DNA of 64,000 nucleotides from Candidatus Omnitrophota bacterium (lineage in GTDB: Bacteria > Omnitrophota > Gorgyraeia > JACQQV01), in contig JACQQV010000021.1 in NCBI GenBank assembly GCA_016206785.1, positions 63,509 to 127,508 of the forward strand. Reading direction: 5' to 3'. The notes beneath the pieces were generated by a model, which was given only the letters and a program-made list of their open reading frames with translations, was not told the DNA's origin and ran no database searches. Shown piece after piece: positions 1 through 9,085 of the stretch (position 1 is the first letter of the stretch; each line of letters starts with the position of its first letter). The position numbers were made by a program, and so were the translations under genes.

Positions 1-1844
1 TCGTCCACACCCTTCAGTTTTTCATTGAGGAGAAATGGCCACTCCCCTAGGAGGGAATCGAAAAGAGTTGCCAGAAGCGCTCCGACGCCCTGATAATAGA
101 GGGGAAGGAGTTCTTCTTGAAATCGATTTTCAATATCGCGGTGACGTTTCATTTTGTCAAGAAAGGAATCAGCAAATGGATATCCCCAGGCATGCTTTCC
201 GAGAGCGTAAACCAGGGCCTTCTGGTTTTGGGGGGAGACGCTCTCTACCTGTCTCAAGACATATCCGAATATTCGATCCTGTTTCAAACGCATCCGAAAG
301 GGTAAACCTTCAAGAGATCCTATGAGTCCCTCGACGAAATAAGGCTGATCTTCTTGACCCAGAGAACTCGCCCAATAATCGATCCTCTTCAAGAAAGCCT
401 TCTCGGAAGAACTCCACGCATTGCCGATCTCCTTAAGATAAAAAGGTTGATACATCCTGTCTAACTGTTTGACCCAAAGGAAAAGTTTTTCGAGATTTTC
501 CAGTGTCTCAGGGCGATAGACCATGTCTTGGCTTAAACCAAGATGGAAGTCGAACCGTTCGGAAGGAGATAAGCGCATATCCAATGCCTTTATTAAGTCT
601 GAAAGTTGGTTAAGATCCTGACCATGGCGATACGCAAGGGCCCACCCCAATTGACGATAGGAATACCCTCGATGCTTCAAGGAAAGGGCGAATTCTTTGA
701 ACCTCAGGAGATTCAGTTCACCCACACATCCCATCCCTAAAAGCAAAATAAGAATACCCAAAGAGACCTTTTGAAAGATTCTTGAGAAGTTTCCTAAACG
801 GACAAGTGCCAGAGCGATCACAGCAAAGAAAAAAGGAAAAAGAGGAACATAATAGCGGAATTCATAGATCCCCAGATGGAATCGACTGAGGCTTGCAGCG
901 GATAGGAAGAAGAGGGGGAACAGAAAAAAGAAATAAATTTTTTTATTCTCCTTTTCAAACTGGCAGAGGATGCCATAAGAAAAAAAGAGGGCGGCGTAAT
1001 AGACGATGTTGAAAAGTGTTATATGCGATAAGACATGGGTTCCTTCTCGATAATTGAAGGAAAAGAGTTGTATCAAACGAAGCGTCGCCAGTTTCAAGAA
1101 ACGAAAAGGAATAATCAGGGGCCGTTCCACAGAAGAATAGACAAAAGCCTCCTTGACACGATCGAAGCCATGAAAACCATAGAGGCCATTATAGAGTAGC
1201 CAGGGACTGAAACCGACGAGAAAAAAAAGGAGGAAAAGATAAAATTCTTTTTTTCGGAAGAGCCTTCGATCCTCGTAGCACCAGAAGAGAATAAAGCATG
1301 CGAGACTGACGACCTGCTGATAACTGAAATAAGTGCCGAATCCTTCTACAAGACCTAACCAGGCTGCACAACGCAGAGAATGTTTTCCATCGTACAGAAT
1401 ACGAAAGAGGAAGAAGAGTCCGAGTGCCGTAAAAAGAAGGGATTCGGCATGAACCCCCATTGCATACATCGCATAGAGGGTAAGATACGGAGGTGAAAAA
1501 AGGTAAAGGAGCGCTATATAAAGAGCTGCTTTCCTTCCAAAAAAGCGCTTCATGAACAGAGCCCATGTGAGGAACGTCCCCAATTGGAAAAAGAGGGCCG
1601 TCAGGCGAAGGACAAAAACACTTTTCCCAAAGACAAGAAACGAGGGGACCGTCAGGACTCCATAGACCAGGCTCCCGCCACTGTAGTGATCTGCAGCATA
1701 ATCAAAAAAGGGGATCTTTAATCCCTGGATGAGTTCTTTGGCAATGGTTCCTCGCTGGAGTTCTTCTGTGAAAGGCTCTGGGAAACAGTAAAGAAGGTGG
1801 AGAATTCGGGTGAGCAGAAAAACAATGGCGAGAAGAAAAATCAT
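1..1844 (-). CDS. GT-C fold membrane glycosyltransferase (ArnT/PMT_2/GT39-like), 3' end runs off the window
   Basis: Absent from the ORF track because it has no stop in the window. Hand translation from ATG 1844, directly after the rSAM TAA, gives MIFLLAIVFLLTRILHLLYCFPEPFTEELQRGTIAKELIQG...PSFLVFGKSVFVLRL..., open to base 1 (614 codons). Many TM segments, acidic pair in the first loop, FRYYVP late motif, soluble C-terminal part. Confidence 0.75.
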   Translation of the reverse strand, partial: MIFLLAIVFLLTRILHLLYCFPEPFTEELQRGTIAKELIQGLKIPFFDYAADHYSGGSLVYGVLTVPSFLVFGKSVFVLRLTALFFQLGTFLTWALFMKRFFGRKAALYIALLYLFSPPYLTLYAMYAMGVHAESLLFTALGLFFLFRILYDGKHSLRCAAWLGLVEGFGTYFSYQQVVSLACFILFWCYEDRRLFRKKEFYLFLLFFLVGFSPWLLYNGLYGFHGFDRVKEAFVYSSVERPLIIPFRFLKLATLRLIQLFSFNYREGTHVLSHITLFNIVYYAALFFSYGILCQFEKENKKIYFFFLFPLFFLSAASLSRFHLGIYEFRYYVPLFPFFFAVIALALVRLGNFSRIFQKVSLGILILLLGMGCVGELNLLRFKEFALSLKHRGYSYRQLGWALAYRHGQDLNQLSDLIKALDMRLSPSERFDFHLGLSQDMVYRPETLENLEKLFLWVKQLDRMYQPFYLKEIGNAWSSSEKAFLKRIDYWASSLGQEDQPYFVEGLIGSLEGLPFRMRLKQDRIFGYVLRQVESVSPQNQKALVYALGKHAWGYPFADSFLDKMKRHRDIENRFQEELLPLYYQGVGALLATLFDSLLGEWPFLLNEKLKGVD

Positions 1845-2930
1845 TTACGGGGCGGGTCGTCTCAAGCGCTCCTCGGCCAGAGCGAGCGCTTCGTAGTAAG
1901 GAACAGGGGCATCGAAGTTGTCCGCCTCCCCCCATCCATCCCGAGGGCAGCCACGGTAAAGGGGATGAAGACTTTTTCCGTCGGAAGGCTCTTTTTTCGC
2001 ATAAGCATCAAACCAATCAAGAAGGGTGCGCCACCCCTCGTGAACGGTTCCCTTCATTAGATTATACTTAGGGAAAGGAAAACTGACGCAAAAATTCATC
2101 TCCCCATAGGGAGTAATCGCGCAGGAGTTTTGGGCAGCCCGGCAATTCATCCGCCCTTTCCATCGCCTCGGTCCTTCCTCTCCTTTCTCGAGCGGTTTGT
2201 GGTAAACAAGAGGAAGGGGATCTTGAAGAAGTTGAGCCGCTTTGTCAGGATCGAGGCGGTAAACAAGCGGCTCGAGTGAACCGTCCGACTTGGGATGAAT
2301 TACGGTACTGGTTACGGCTCGGATTCCCCACCCCTTGGCCATCGCCTGCATCCTCTCCACTTCCTCAACGTTCACAGTCATGGCAGGAATGATGAGCGTT
2401 ACGGGGATCTTCTTCTTGATCAACCGCTCAATTCCAGAGATACATTTAGAGAAGGAGCCTGGAACAGAGGTCACTCTTTCATAAATCTTCCTTGTCGCTC
2501 CATAAAGTGAGAGGTCGACCTCCAGAGGAAGGAGAGATTGGAGACAATCGGCAATTTCCTCTGTCAGGAAGGTCCCATTTGTTTTCAGGGTAACGGCGAA
2601 TCCCTCCTCTTTAGCGCGAGTCAAAATGTCAAGAAAGTCTCTCCGCGTAAACATCTCTCCGCCTGTCAGGGTTAAAGAAAGGCATCCTTCTGTTCGGAGT
2701 TCTTTAAAAATAGAAATGATTTTCTCCGTCGGCATCTCCTCTTTCTTGGCCCTATGGGTAGGATTATAGCAATGGACGCAGCGGAGATTGCACCCGTAGG
2801 TCAGTTCCATAGTCGCCTCTAAAAGGGTCCGTGAGGATTCTGTTTTGCTAACGACGTTATCCCAAAACTCGATAGGAGAACGCTCCGGGATCGAAGGGGT
2901 TTTAGGATCTAGCGAGGGCATAGGCTTCAT
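1845..2930 (-). CDS. Radical SAM peptide maturase (PqqE-like) with degenerate SPASM domain
   Basis: CNLRCVHC motif, GGE motif, C-terminal CRAAQNSCAITPYGEMNFC; distal CxxC absent. Confidence 0.9.
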   Translation of the reverse strand: MKPMPSLDPKTPSIPERSPIEFWDNVVSKTESSRTLLEATMELTYGCNLRCVHCYNPTHRAKKEEMPTEKIISIFKELRTEGCLSLTLTGGEMFTRRDFLDILTRAKEEGFAVTLKTNGTFLTEEIADCLQSLLPLEVDLSLYGATRKIYERVTSVPGSFSKCISGIERLIKKKIPVTLIIPAMTVNVEEVERMQAMAKGWGIRAVTSTVIHPKSDGSLEPLVYRLDPDKAAQLLQDPLPLVYHKPLEKGEEGPRRWKGRMNCRAAQNSCAITPYGEMNFCVSFPFPKYNLMKGTVHEGWRTLLDWFDAYAKKEPSDGKSLHPLYRGCPRDGWGEADNFDAPVPYYEALALAEERLRRPAP

Positions 2931-3831
2931 CAGGACGCGCCGCCTCCTTTAGAAAAGAAATAGCGCTTTGTTCTTTCACAAATCCGAATTGATAGCATGG
3001 GACACTCGAAAAAAGCTCTTCACAGAAGGCGAGCGCTTTTTGAATCCGTCCGCCATCCCAGTGTGGGAGGAAAAGTTGTGGGAGAAGAACCTCTGGGAAG
3101 TCTGACAGTGAAAGAGGCTTAAGAGAATTCTGAGAAGCGTGCTGAAGAAAAAAAAGTCCCCTAAGAGGCGCCGATTCTTGAGAGATTCGGAATGTATCCC
3201 CTGGCCACGGAGTTCCATGAAGGAAAAAAGAAGCGCCATCCTTTCGAATAATGACGGTCTCATCGCTCAAGATAGAAACGCCTCCTGTTCCAAGAAACAG
3301 ATGCGCAAGCGTACTCTTTCCCGAGCCAGAAGGACCCACAAAAGCTCTTCCCTCTCCCCCTTCTCGAATCCCAAGTCCATGGACAACGACCCCCTCTCCT
3401 TGACTTAAGAGGTGCACAAGAAGAATCTGCCCTAAGGGCTTCATAAATTCTGTAAAGGGCCAGCGGGGCTTTATCGGCGGAAAGAGTCTATGGAGAGGTC
3501 CAGAAACCCATCCAGGGGCAGCATAGACTTCACCTTCCGAGAAATCTTTCGTAAGGTGAGCAAGGAACTGTCTCTGCTTTGTCTTTGAATGAAAGGTTTC
3601 GATCCAATAATGGCCATCGCTTTCGTAAAGGGCCCAATGGTCTTTCAGTTCAAAAAGGACCCTTTCTTTTAAGAAATCGGGGAAACCGTTCTCGCAATGA
3701 ACCGTCAGATGAACCCTTGGTTTCCCCCGAAGAGGAAAAAGATCGTACCTGAAGGGAAAATCTCGTGGATGAGAATTTTCCCACTCAATGTGAAATCCAA
3801 TTCCTCCGATTTCGAGACTGAAAGAAGGCAT
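2902..3831 (-). CDS. HPr-kinase-related P-loop kinase (ScmC-like)
   Basis: VVVHG...GPSGSGKST Walker A, ILSDE, HGTPWPG; adjacent to the precursor peptide. Confidence 0.8.
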   Translation of the reverse strand: MPSFSLEIGGIGFHIEWENSHPRDFPFRYDLFPLRGKPRVHLTVHCENGFPDFLKERVLFELKDHWALYESDGHYWIETFHSKTKQRQFLAHLTKDFSEGEVYAAPGWVSGPLHRLFPPIKPRWPFTEFMKPLGQILLVHLLSQGEGVVVHGLGIREGGEGRAFVGPSGSGKSTLAHLFLGTGGVSILSDETVIIRKDGASFFLHGTPWPGDTFRISQESAPLRGLFFLQHASQNSLKPLSLSDFPEVLLPQLFLPHWDGGRIQKALAFCEELFSSVPCYQFGFVKEQSAISFLKEAARPDEAYALARS

Positions 3832-3842
3832 CTAAGGGGTAC

Positions 3843-4034
3843 CTAAGACGAGATCGCGCTGTTTCCCTGCGTTCTACTCCAACTTCGGCATCCATTTGCC
3901 CTACAGGTATTCGTACCGCTGTCAGAAGCAGAGGTCCCATTGGTGGCGCACTGAGAGAGGATCGCCTGTTCATGGTTTAACCGGATTCTAAAAATTTTCG
4001 GTGTTTCATACATCCTTTTCATTGTCTCTTCCAT
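3843..4034 (-). CDS. Putative RiPP precursor peptide (63 aa)
   Basis: AGGAGG SD (4043-4048) 8 nt before ATG; leader YETPKI matches the YxxPx(L/I) RRE-binding motif; Cys/Ser/Thr/Asn/Gly-rich C-terminal half; lies between rSAM and kinase genes. Confidence 0.85.
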   Translation of the reverse strand: MEETMKRMYETPKIFRIRLNHEQAILSQCATNGTSASDSGTNTCRANGCRSWSRTQGNSAISS

Positions 4035-4039
4035 TGTCT

Positions 4040-5119
4040 TTACCTCCTTCTTATCTTTTCAGCCAAAAGATGCGCTGTCTGACAGAAATGATCGACCGGC
4101 ATCTCACTCTCTCCATTTTCAAAACGTGCCGGAAAAGGCATCTTCCCGCACATCGAATAGACCGTACACTGCCGACAGGGCGAATCGGTTTGATAGGTCA
4201 TTGTACGAATTTTTGGAAAAACTTCTTGGATCGCTTCCTGAAAGGAGTAATGTTTTAATGAAACTCTCGGCTCCCCAATAAAAGTACACGTTCCAAGCTC
4301 TCCCCAAGCCGAAACATGAAACGTATTGGTCCCGCAACCGCAGCGGTAAAGCCGATCGGTCGGCTCATCCGAAATTTCCACACAACGATCCTCGGTATCT
4401 ATGTCCTCGCCATTTATTTCAAGTTCAACAATTTCCTCTGGAGTGAGTCGATAGGCGCAGGGCTTCAAAGAACCATTCAAATCAGGATAGATATCGGTAC
4501 TGAAACGGAACTCCAGCCCGAAACTTTCGACCAGTTCTTTAATCTCATGGAGCCTTCCCCTGTTGAGCGTCATCGCTTTTGTTTTCACCTTGACCGGAAG
4601 TTTCCGTTCCACAAGAAGCCGCAATCCTTCAACAAATCGCTTGAAGGATCCGGGAACCTGAGTCACCGCGTCGAAAACCTCTTCCGTTCCTCCGTGGCAA
4701 CTCGTCTCAATCAAAAAAGGTGGGTCCTTCGCAAGCCGATCCGCAATCTCGGGAGTGATTATGGTGACATTCGTAAAAAGAATGAGAAGAAATCCTTTTT
4801 TCTTTGCATAGTCATAAATATCAAAAAAGTCCTTCCGCATGAAGATTTCGCCACCCGTAAGACAAAGCCAGAGACACCCCGCTTCATGGATTTCATCGAT
4901 CATCCGAAGGACCTCTTCATAAGAAAGCTCTTTTTGAATGTCCTGAGGGTTATTGTGGCAGTCGGTATAGCAGTGGACACAACGGATATTGCATTTATAG
5001 GTAAGTTCGATCTGGCCCCGGATTGGCATCCTTAAGTCATATCCCTTGTCATTGATCGCACTGCTGAAATCATGATACTCTATCTCAGGAATCGTTTCCT
5101 TCATCTTAAGGCCTCTCAC
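4040..5119 (-). CDS. Radical SAM/SPASM peptide maturase
   Basis: CNIRCVHC, GGE; SPASM CGCG...GELGTC...CRQCTVYSMC...FC. Start may be ATG 5104. Confidence 0.92.
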   Translation of the reverse strand: MRGLKMKETIPEIEYHDFSSAINDKGYDLRMPIRGQIELTYKCNIRCVHCYTDCHNNPQDIQKELSYEEVLRMIDEIHEAGCLWLCLTGGEIFMRKDFFDIYDYAKKKGFLLILFTNVTIITPEIADRLAKDPPFLIETSCHGGTEEVFDAVTQVPGSFKRFVEGLRLLVERKLPVKVKTKAMTLNRGRLHEIKELVESFGLEFRFSTDIYPDLNGSLKPCAYRLTPEEIVELEINGEDIDTEDRCVEISDEPTDRLYRCGCGTNTFHVSAWGELGTCTFIGEPRVSLKHYSFQEAIQEVFPKIRTMTYQTDSPCRQCTVYSMCGKMPFPARFENGESEMPVDHFCQTAHLLAEKIRRR

Positions 5120-6087
5120 GGAGTTGAAGAAACCGCTTTGATTGGGATAAATCCGTTCTTCTTGAACATAAACTCCTTTTTAGGAAACCGGCATGGAAAA
5201 TGGGGAAGGTGATTGTAAAATCCATCGTGAAAAGAACCTTTTCGAAGGTCGTAACCCTTCATCCGGTTCCCGGAACAGAGTTGAAGCATCCCATACGCAT
5301 CGATATGAAAATTAAAGAAGCCTGATTCGCATTGGTAGGTTTCTGCCTCTCGTAATTGGATTTCCTTTTCCCGAAGCATCTGCGGATCTTTTTCCTCGAT
5401 CTCTCTCAGTTCTTTTTCAGAAAGTTGATATTCAAAAACATCCTCTGAGCCATCCAGGCGGTTCCGGATCTCCTCGCCAAATTTGAAGGAAACGTTTCCC
5501 AGACCCTTCACAAAAGCCCTGATCTTCAGAATCTCATCCCGATTCACCGTGAGTCCCGTCACCTTCAAAACAAGGTGGAGGTTTCTTTCTAAAAGAAGGT
5601 TGATCGCCCGTAATACTTTCTGAAAAGAGCCTTCTCCCTGCGTCACCTTTTCAAAAATCTCTTTCGATGTGGCATGAAGACTGATCTCGACGGAAAAAGG
5701 AGGATTTTCTTTCAGAAAATCGGAAACCTCCTCGGTAATCAAGGACCCATTGGTAAAAAGGGTGATTAAAAATCCCTTGTCCTTGGCAACCTTATAGATC
5801 TGGAAAAAATCTTTTCGCATAAAGATTTCGCCACCCGTCAAGGTAAGCCAAAGACATCCTCCTTTATGAAGTTCACCTAAGATCCGTAGGACTTCCTCAG
5901 TTTGAAGTTCTTTGGGAAAATATTGAGGATGATTATAGACATCTGTGTAGCAATGGATACAGTGAAGATTGCAGCGGCAAGTCAATTCCCATTGTCCGAT
6001 AAGAGGGAGTCTTCCCCTCTCACTCTTTGCGACGAGCCGCTTGAAAAACTCACGATCCGTAACAGAAGAAAGAAAATCGCATGCCAC
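5116..6087 (-). CDS. Radical SAM protein with truncated (Twitch-like) C-terminal domain
   Basis: CNLHCIHC, GGE; QCESG...IDAYGMLQLC followed by an early end. Confidence 0.9.
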   Translation of the reverse strand: MACDFLSSVTDREFFKRLVAKSERGRLPLIGQWELTCRCNLHCIHCYTDVYNHPQYFPKELQTEEVLRILGELHKGGCLWLTLTGGEIFMRKDFFQIYKVAKDKGFLITLFTNGSLITEEVSDFLKENPPFSVEISLHATSKEIFEKVTQGEGSFQKVLRAINLLLERNLHLVLKVTGLTVNRDEILKIRAFVKGLGNVSFKFGEEIRNRLDGSEDVFEYQLSEKELREIEEKDPQMLREKEIQLREAETYQCESGFFNFHIDAYGMLQLCSGNRMKGYDLRKGSFHDGFYNHLPHFPCRFPKKEFMFKKNGFIPIKAVSSTP

Positions 6088-6092
6088 CCGCT

Positions 6093-6395
6093 CTATTCTC
6101 CCTTTTCCGCACCCGCAAAATGTTTCGGCTCTATGAGTCCTTCCCTCCTCAGTTTTTTAAGGAAGGAAAGCACATCATGCTTCACCCTTTTGGGTTCTGC
6201 TTCGAAGTTTTGTTCAATGTGTGTGATAAGTTCCTGAACGGTTCTACTCCCGTCCAACGCCTCCCAGATCGCTGCGCCAACAGGAGTGAGTTTGAGGAGG
6301 TCTCCCTCATCCTGATCCACGAGGATCGCTTCTTCCTCTACCCGTCGCCAAGGAATTCTTCCATTCTTCTCGAAGATATCCGTAAGTCTAAACAT
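6093..6395 (-). CDS. PqqD family protein (RiPP recognition element)
   Basis: LTPVGAAIWEALDGSRTVQEL...DVLSFLKKLRREGLI, the PqqD pattern. Confidence 0.9.
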   Translation of the reverse strand: MFRLTDIFEKNGRIPWRRVEEEAILVDQDEGDLLKLTPVGAAIWEALDGSRTVQELITHIEQNFEAEPKRVKHDVLSFLKKLRREGLIEPKHFAGAEKGE

Positions 6396-7947
6396 GAAAA
6401 TGGATGAGGCGTAAAAAATAATTTTTTGTCTCTAGCCAAAGAAGAAAAAGGATTTTCCTTGCTTCTCTTCCCATTTTGTAGGTGAGGCCCTCACGAAAAT
6501 AGATCCAAAAAAGACGGAGATGTAGAAGTAAGGGATGGAAACCGAGACGCGCCGCTTCAAGTAGGTTCTCTTTTGCCAGACGAGACTCTTTTTTCTTGAG
6601 AAAGGCGGAACCGATCCAGAATTTCAGAATCGCCTCCGGCCCTTTGAGTTCGAGCGACTTCCGGAAAGCACTCAGGGCTCTATCCCACTCTCCCTGCTCG
6701 AAAAAAAGAGACCCTATCCCATAATAAGCCGTGGCCAGTCTGGGATTCTTCGAAAGGGCCTCTTCATAATAAAAGAGCGCCTGGGAAAAATCTTTCTCCG
6801 CCCTAAATGTATGGCCCAAACCGCAGAGTGCATGGGCGTGATTCGGGTCGAGGGTAAGAATCTTTTTGTACTCTTCCTCTGCCTTTTTCCATTGACCAAG
6901 ATTCTGATAGGCCGGTCCAAAATTGTTGTAGGCGGTGGCGTAGGTGGGATCCGCGGAAACCGCTTCTCGATAAAGTCGGGAGGCCTCTGTTTTCTCTCCC
7001 CTTTTTAGAAAGAGCAAAGAAAGATTGTAAAAGCTTGCAGCATCTTTTGGATTGACCCCAAGGGCCTTTCGATACTCCAAAATCGTCTCCTCCACCTTCC
7101 CCTCCTCTTCAAAGGCTTGTGCAGATCTTTTGTGATGATAAGCATCGTTTGGAGCGGAGGGGTCTCGGATAAGTTGTGCAAGGGCGTCTCCAAAATATTT
7201 ATAAGGAAGTGGAGTAAATCCCCCCTCGACAGAATAGGCAATCGTGACACAATCACTCCGGATACCCTTTGATCGCAAGGCGTCGACAACATTCTCTGGG
7301 AAGAGCCACGGTTTCTTACAGCGAGGGTCTTCATCCCCATGTTCTAAAAACCCTGAGATGAGGAAATCGGTATCAATATCAAGAAGAACCTCTTCTTCAA
7401 TAGTGGGAAGGTTCTGAAGAGTGCAGACAATCAATGGAAAGCCATAAAGTGTTGCCTGAGCCTTTGTTCCCTCAATACGGATATCGGTAAACGCTTCTGG
7501 ATGGTTTCTCCGAAATTCTCGAAAGATATAACCCATCTCTTTTTCCCAAGAAACCCCTCGGGGGGCTTCCGGGGTCGCCCAATAAAAAGCCCGAAGAAGG
7601 CCCTGCCGGAGAGCAGGGCAGATATAATTTCCGATATGGACGAAGGACTCTGTCCCTCGATCTGTGAAGTTCCAAAAGATCTTTTGTTGGGTAAGCGCTT
7701 CTAATTCTTGAGGAGAGGAGATACTGAGGAGATCGGAGAAGGACCTCTCAGGAATCCAATTGAAGTCGATGTGGGCATCGATATGGAGGAGGATGCGGTT
7801 TGAAAAGTTCCCTCTCTGCCAGGCCCAGAGGGCCTCATCATGATCTTCCATCAGGGTGACGGCAGGGAGAGGATCAATTCCTACCCGATCGTCTTGGGGA
7901 GTTGAAGACCTTCTTAAAGAAGGTTGGGTCGCTAACGCGTCGGTCAC
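6388..7947 (-). CDS. UPF0489 (peptide arginase-like) domain fused to TPR repeats
   Basis: EDHDEAL, LLHIDAHIDF, IGNYI and LLDIDTDF metal-binding motifs; about 6 TPRs in the C-terminal half. Confidence 0.8.
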   Translation of the reverse strand: MTDALATQPSLRRSSTPQDDRVGIDPLPAVTLMEDHDEALWAWQRGNFSNRILLHIDAHIDFNWIPERSFSDLLSISSPQELEALTQQKIFWNFTDRGTESFVHIGNYICPALRQGLLRAFYWATPEAPRGVSWEKEMGYIFREFRRNHPEAFTDIRIEGTKAQATLYGFPLIVCTLQNLPTIEEEVLLDIDTDFLISGFLEHGDEDPRCKKPWLFPENVVDALRSKGIRSDCVTIAYSVEGGFTPLPYKYFGDALAQLIRDPSAPNDAYHHKRSAQAFEEEGKVEETILEYRKALGVNPKDAASFYNLSLLFLKRGEKTEASRLYREAVSADPTYATAYNNFGPAYQNLGQWKKAEEEYKKILTLDPNHAHALCGLGHTFRAEKDFSQALFYYEEALSKNPRLATAYYGIGSLFFEQGEWDRALSAFRKSLELKGPEAILKFWIGSAFLKKKESRLAKENLLEAARLGFHPLLLHLRLFWIYFREGLTYKMGREARKILFLLWLETKNYFLRLIHFHV

Positions 7948-7950
7948 CGA

Positions 7951-8235
7951 TTATTTCTCTCGGATGATTCCGGTTTCCTTAAATTGCGCCAGAAGCCCCA
8001 AAAGATCTTTCTCTGCAACGTGAGGATCTATCTCAAATTCGGAGATAACCGTCTCGCAGACCTCTCGGACCGATTTCTTTCCATCAATCAGTTCCCAAAT
8101 CCTCGCCCCTACCTCATTCAACGTGAAGATGGCAGGTTCTTCCCCTAAGGTTTGACGAATAGGGACAAGGACCGTTTCTTCCGCGATTTTCCTTGATACA
8201 ATATTGGGAGATTTTTCGTAACTTGTTTCTAGCAC
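7951..8235 (-). CDS. PqqD family protein (second RRE)
   Basis: LNEVGARIWELIDGKKSV...AEKDLLGLLAQF; GTG start with GAGGT SD. Confidence 0.92.
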   Translation of the reverse strand: MLETSYEKSPNIVSRKIAEETVLVPIRQTLGEEPAIFTLNEVGARIWELIDGKKSVREVCETVISEFEIDPHVAEKDLLGLLAQFKETGIIREK

Positions 8236-8253
8236 TGTAAATAACCTCGTTTC

Positions 8254-8282
8254 ATCATAAAAGATTTAGACCGGTTTGTCAA
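8254..8282 (-). promoter_or_regulatory. Sigma70-type promoter heading the RRE-to-GT-C operon
   Basis: Minus strand TTGACA (8282-8277), 17 nt spacer, TATGAT (8259-8254), just upstream of the PqqD start at 8235. Confidence 0.65.
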
Positions 8283-9085
8283 GGTTTTTGTGGGGTGAGA
8301 ATCGCATTGCAGTTGCTGAAATCCATCTCCACAACTTTAAAGTTCGAGTTCTCTATCTCACTCAAAAGCTCCGAGGGTTTGCTGAAAATGTGCCAATAGT
8401 GACCCATAAAGCAGACGTCTCCTTCTTCTAGCTCCCGATTGCCGCCAGAAAGGATTGCAAGCCACTTTTTGAGCCGGAACTTCCAACCCTTTTCCCGGAA
8501 ATCATCTCTACCACAAAACTCTAGATAAAAAAATCCGTCGTCTTTGAGATGAGATCGCATCTTTCTTAAAAAGGCGATCCGCCTTGTGCGGGTAGGAATT
8601 TCGCTATACATCGACTGGCTCAGAAAAAGCGCGTCATGCTTTCTTGCCGGTGATAAACTATCAAGTACATTTCCCACTTCAAAGTGGCAATTTTTTAAGG
8701 AAAGGGCACGGACATGTTCTTTTGCTCTTTCTACAAGATCCTGGGAGGTCTCGATTCCCGTAACCTCAAATCCTAATTTCGCCAAGGCGAGGGATTCCCG
8801 ACCACCGCCAGACATCAGTACAAGACACTCCTTTTTTCCTTTTAAATATTTTGTCACAAATTGAGATTCTTCTGGGCTCAGTCCCCTCGTTCGTACCGCT
8901 TCCCCCGCCAAAGCCTCTGAAAAGTCCCTCCGATTATAAAACTGTTCAACAAATTTTTCGAGATCTTTAGGTTTTGAGAGAACTAGTACAAGTGACCCAA
9001 AGGCTGAAGAAATCTTTTCCTGAAAACGATTCAAGAGAAGGTCGATGCGCACCAAAACGGAAACAAGGAAAAACCGAGCACTCAT
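8279..9085 (-). CDS. Class I SAM-dependent methyltransferase
   Basis: Variant motif I LVLMSGGGRES, VTGIE, post-II HDALF, LKDDGFF. Confidence 0.8.
   Translation of the reverse strand: MSARFFLVSVLVRIDLLLNRFQEKISSAFGSLVLVLSKPKDLEKFVEQFYNRRDFSEALAGEAVRTRGLSPEESQFVTKYLKGKKECLVLMSGGGRESLALAKLGFEVTGIETSQDLVERAKEHVRALSLKNCHFEVGNVLDSLSPARKHDALFLSQSMYSEIPTRTRRIAFLRKMRSHLKDDGFFYLEFCGRDDFREKGWKFRLKKWLAILSGGNRELEEGDVCFMGHYWHIFSKPSELLSEIENSNFKVVEMDFSNCNAILTPQKP

Noticed and set aside
35-1935. Short ORFs in the track (35..325+, 117..305+, 1189..1566-, 1702..1935-)
   Set aside because: They are shadows of the long open minus-strand GT-C frame at 1-1844.
3843-4034. Lasso peptide precursor (YxxP leader, kinase, nucleotidyltransferase)
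   Set aside because: No asparagine-synthetase-like cyclase or B2 protease in the window. The transglutaminase at 14460 is an exported type in a different operon. Genes left of the window cannot be excluded.
1845-8235. PQQ biosynthesis operon
   Set aside because: PqqD/E-like genes are present, but there is no pqqB or pqqC and the peptide lacks the ExxxY core.
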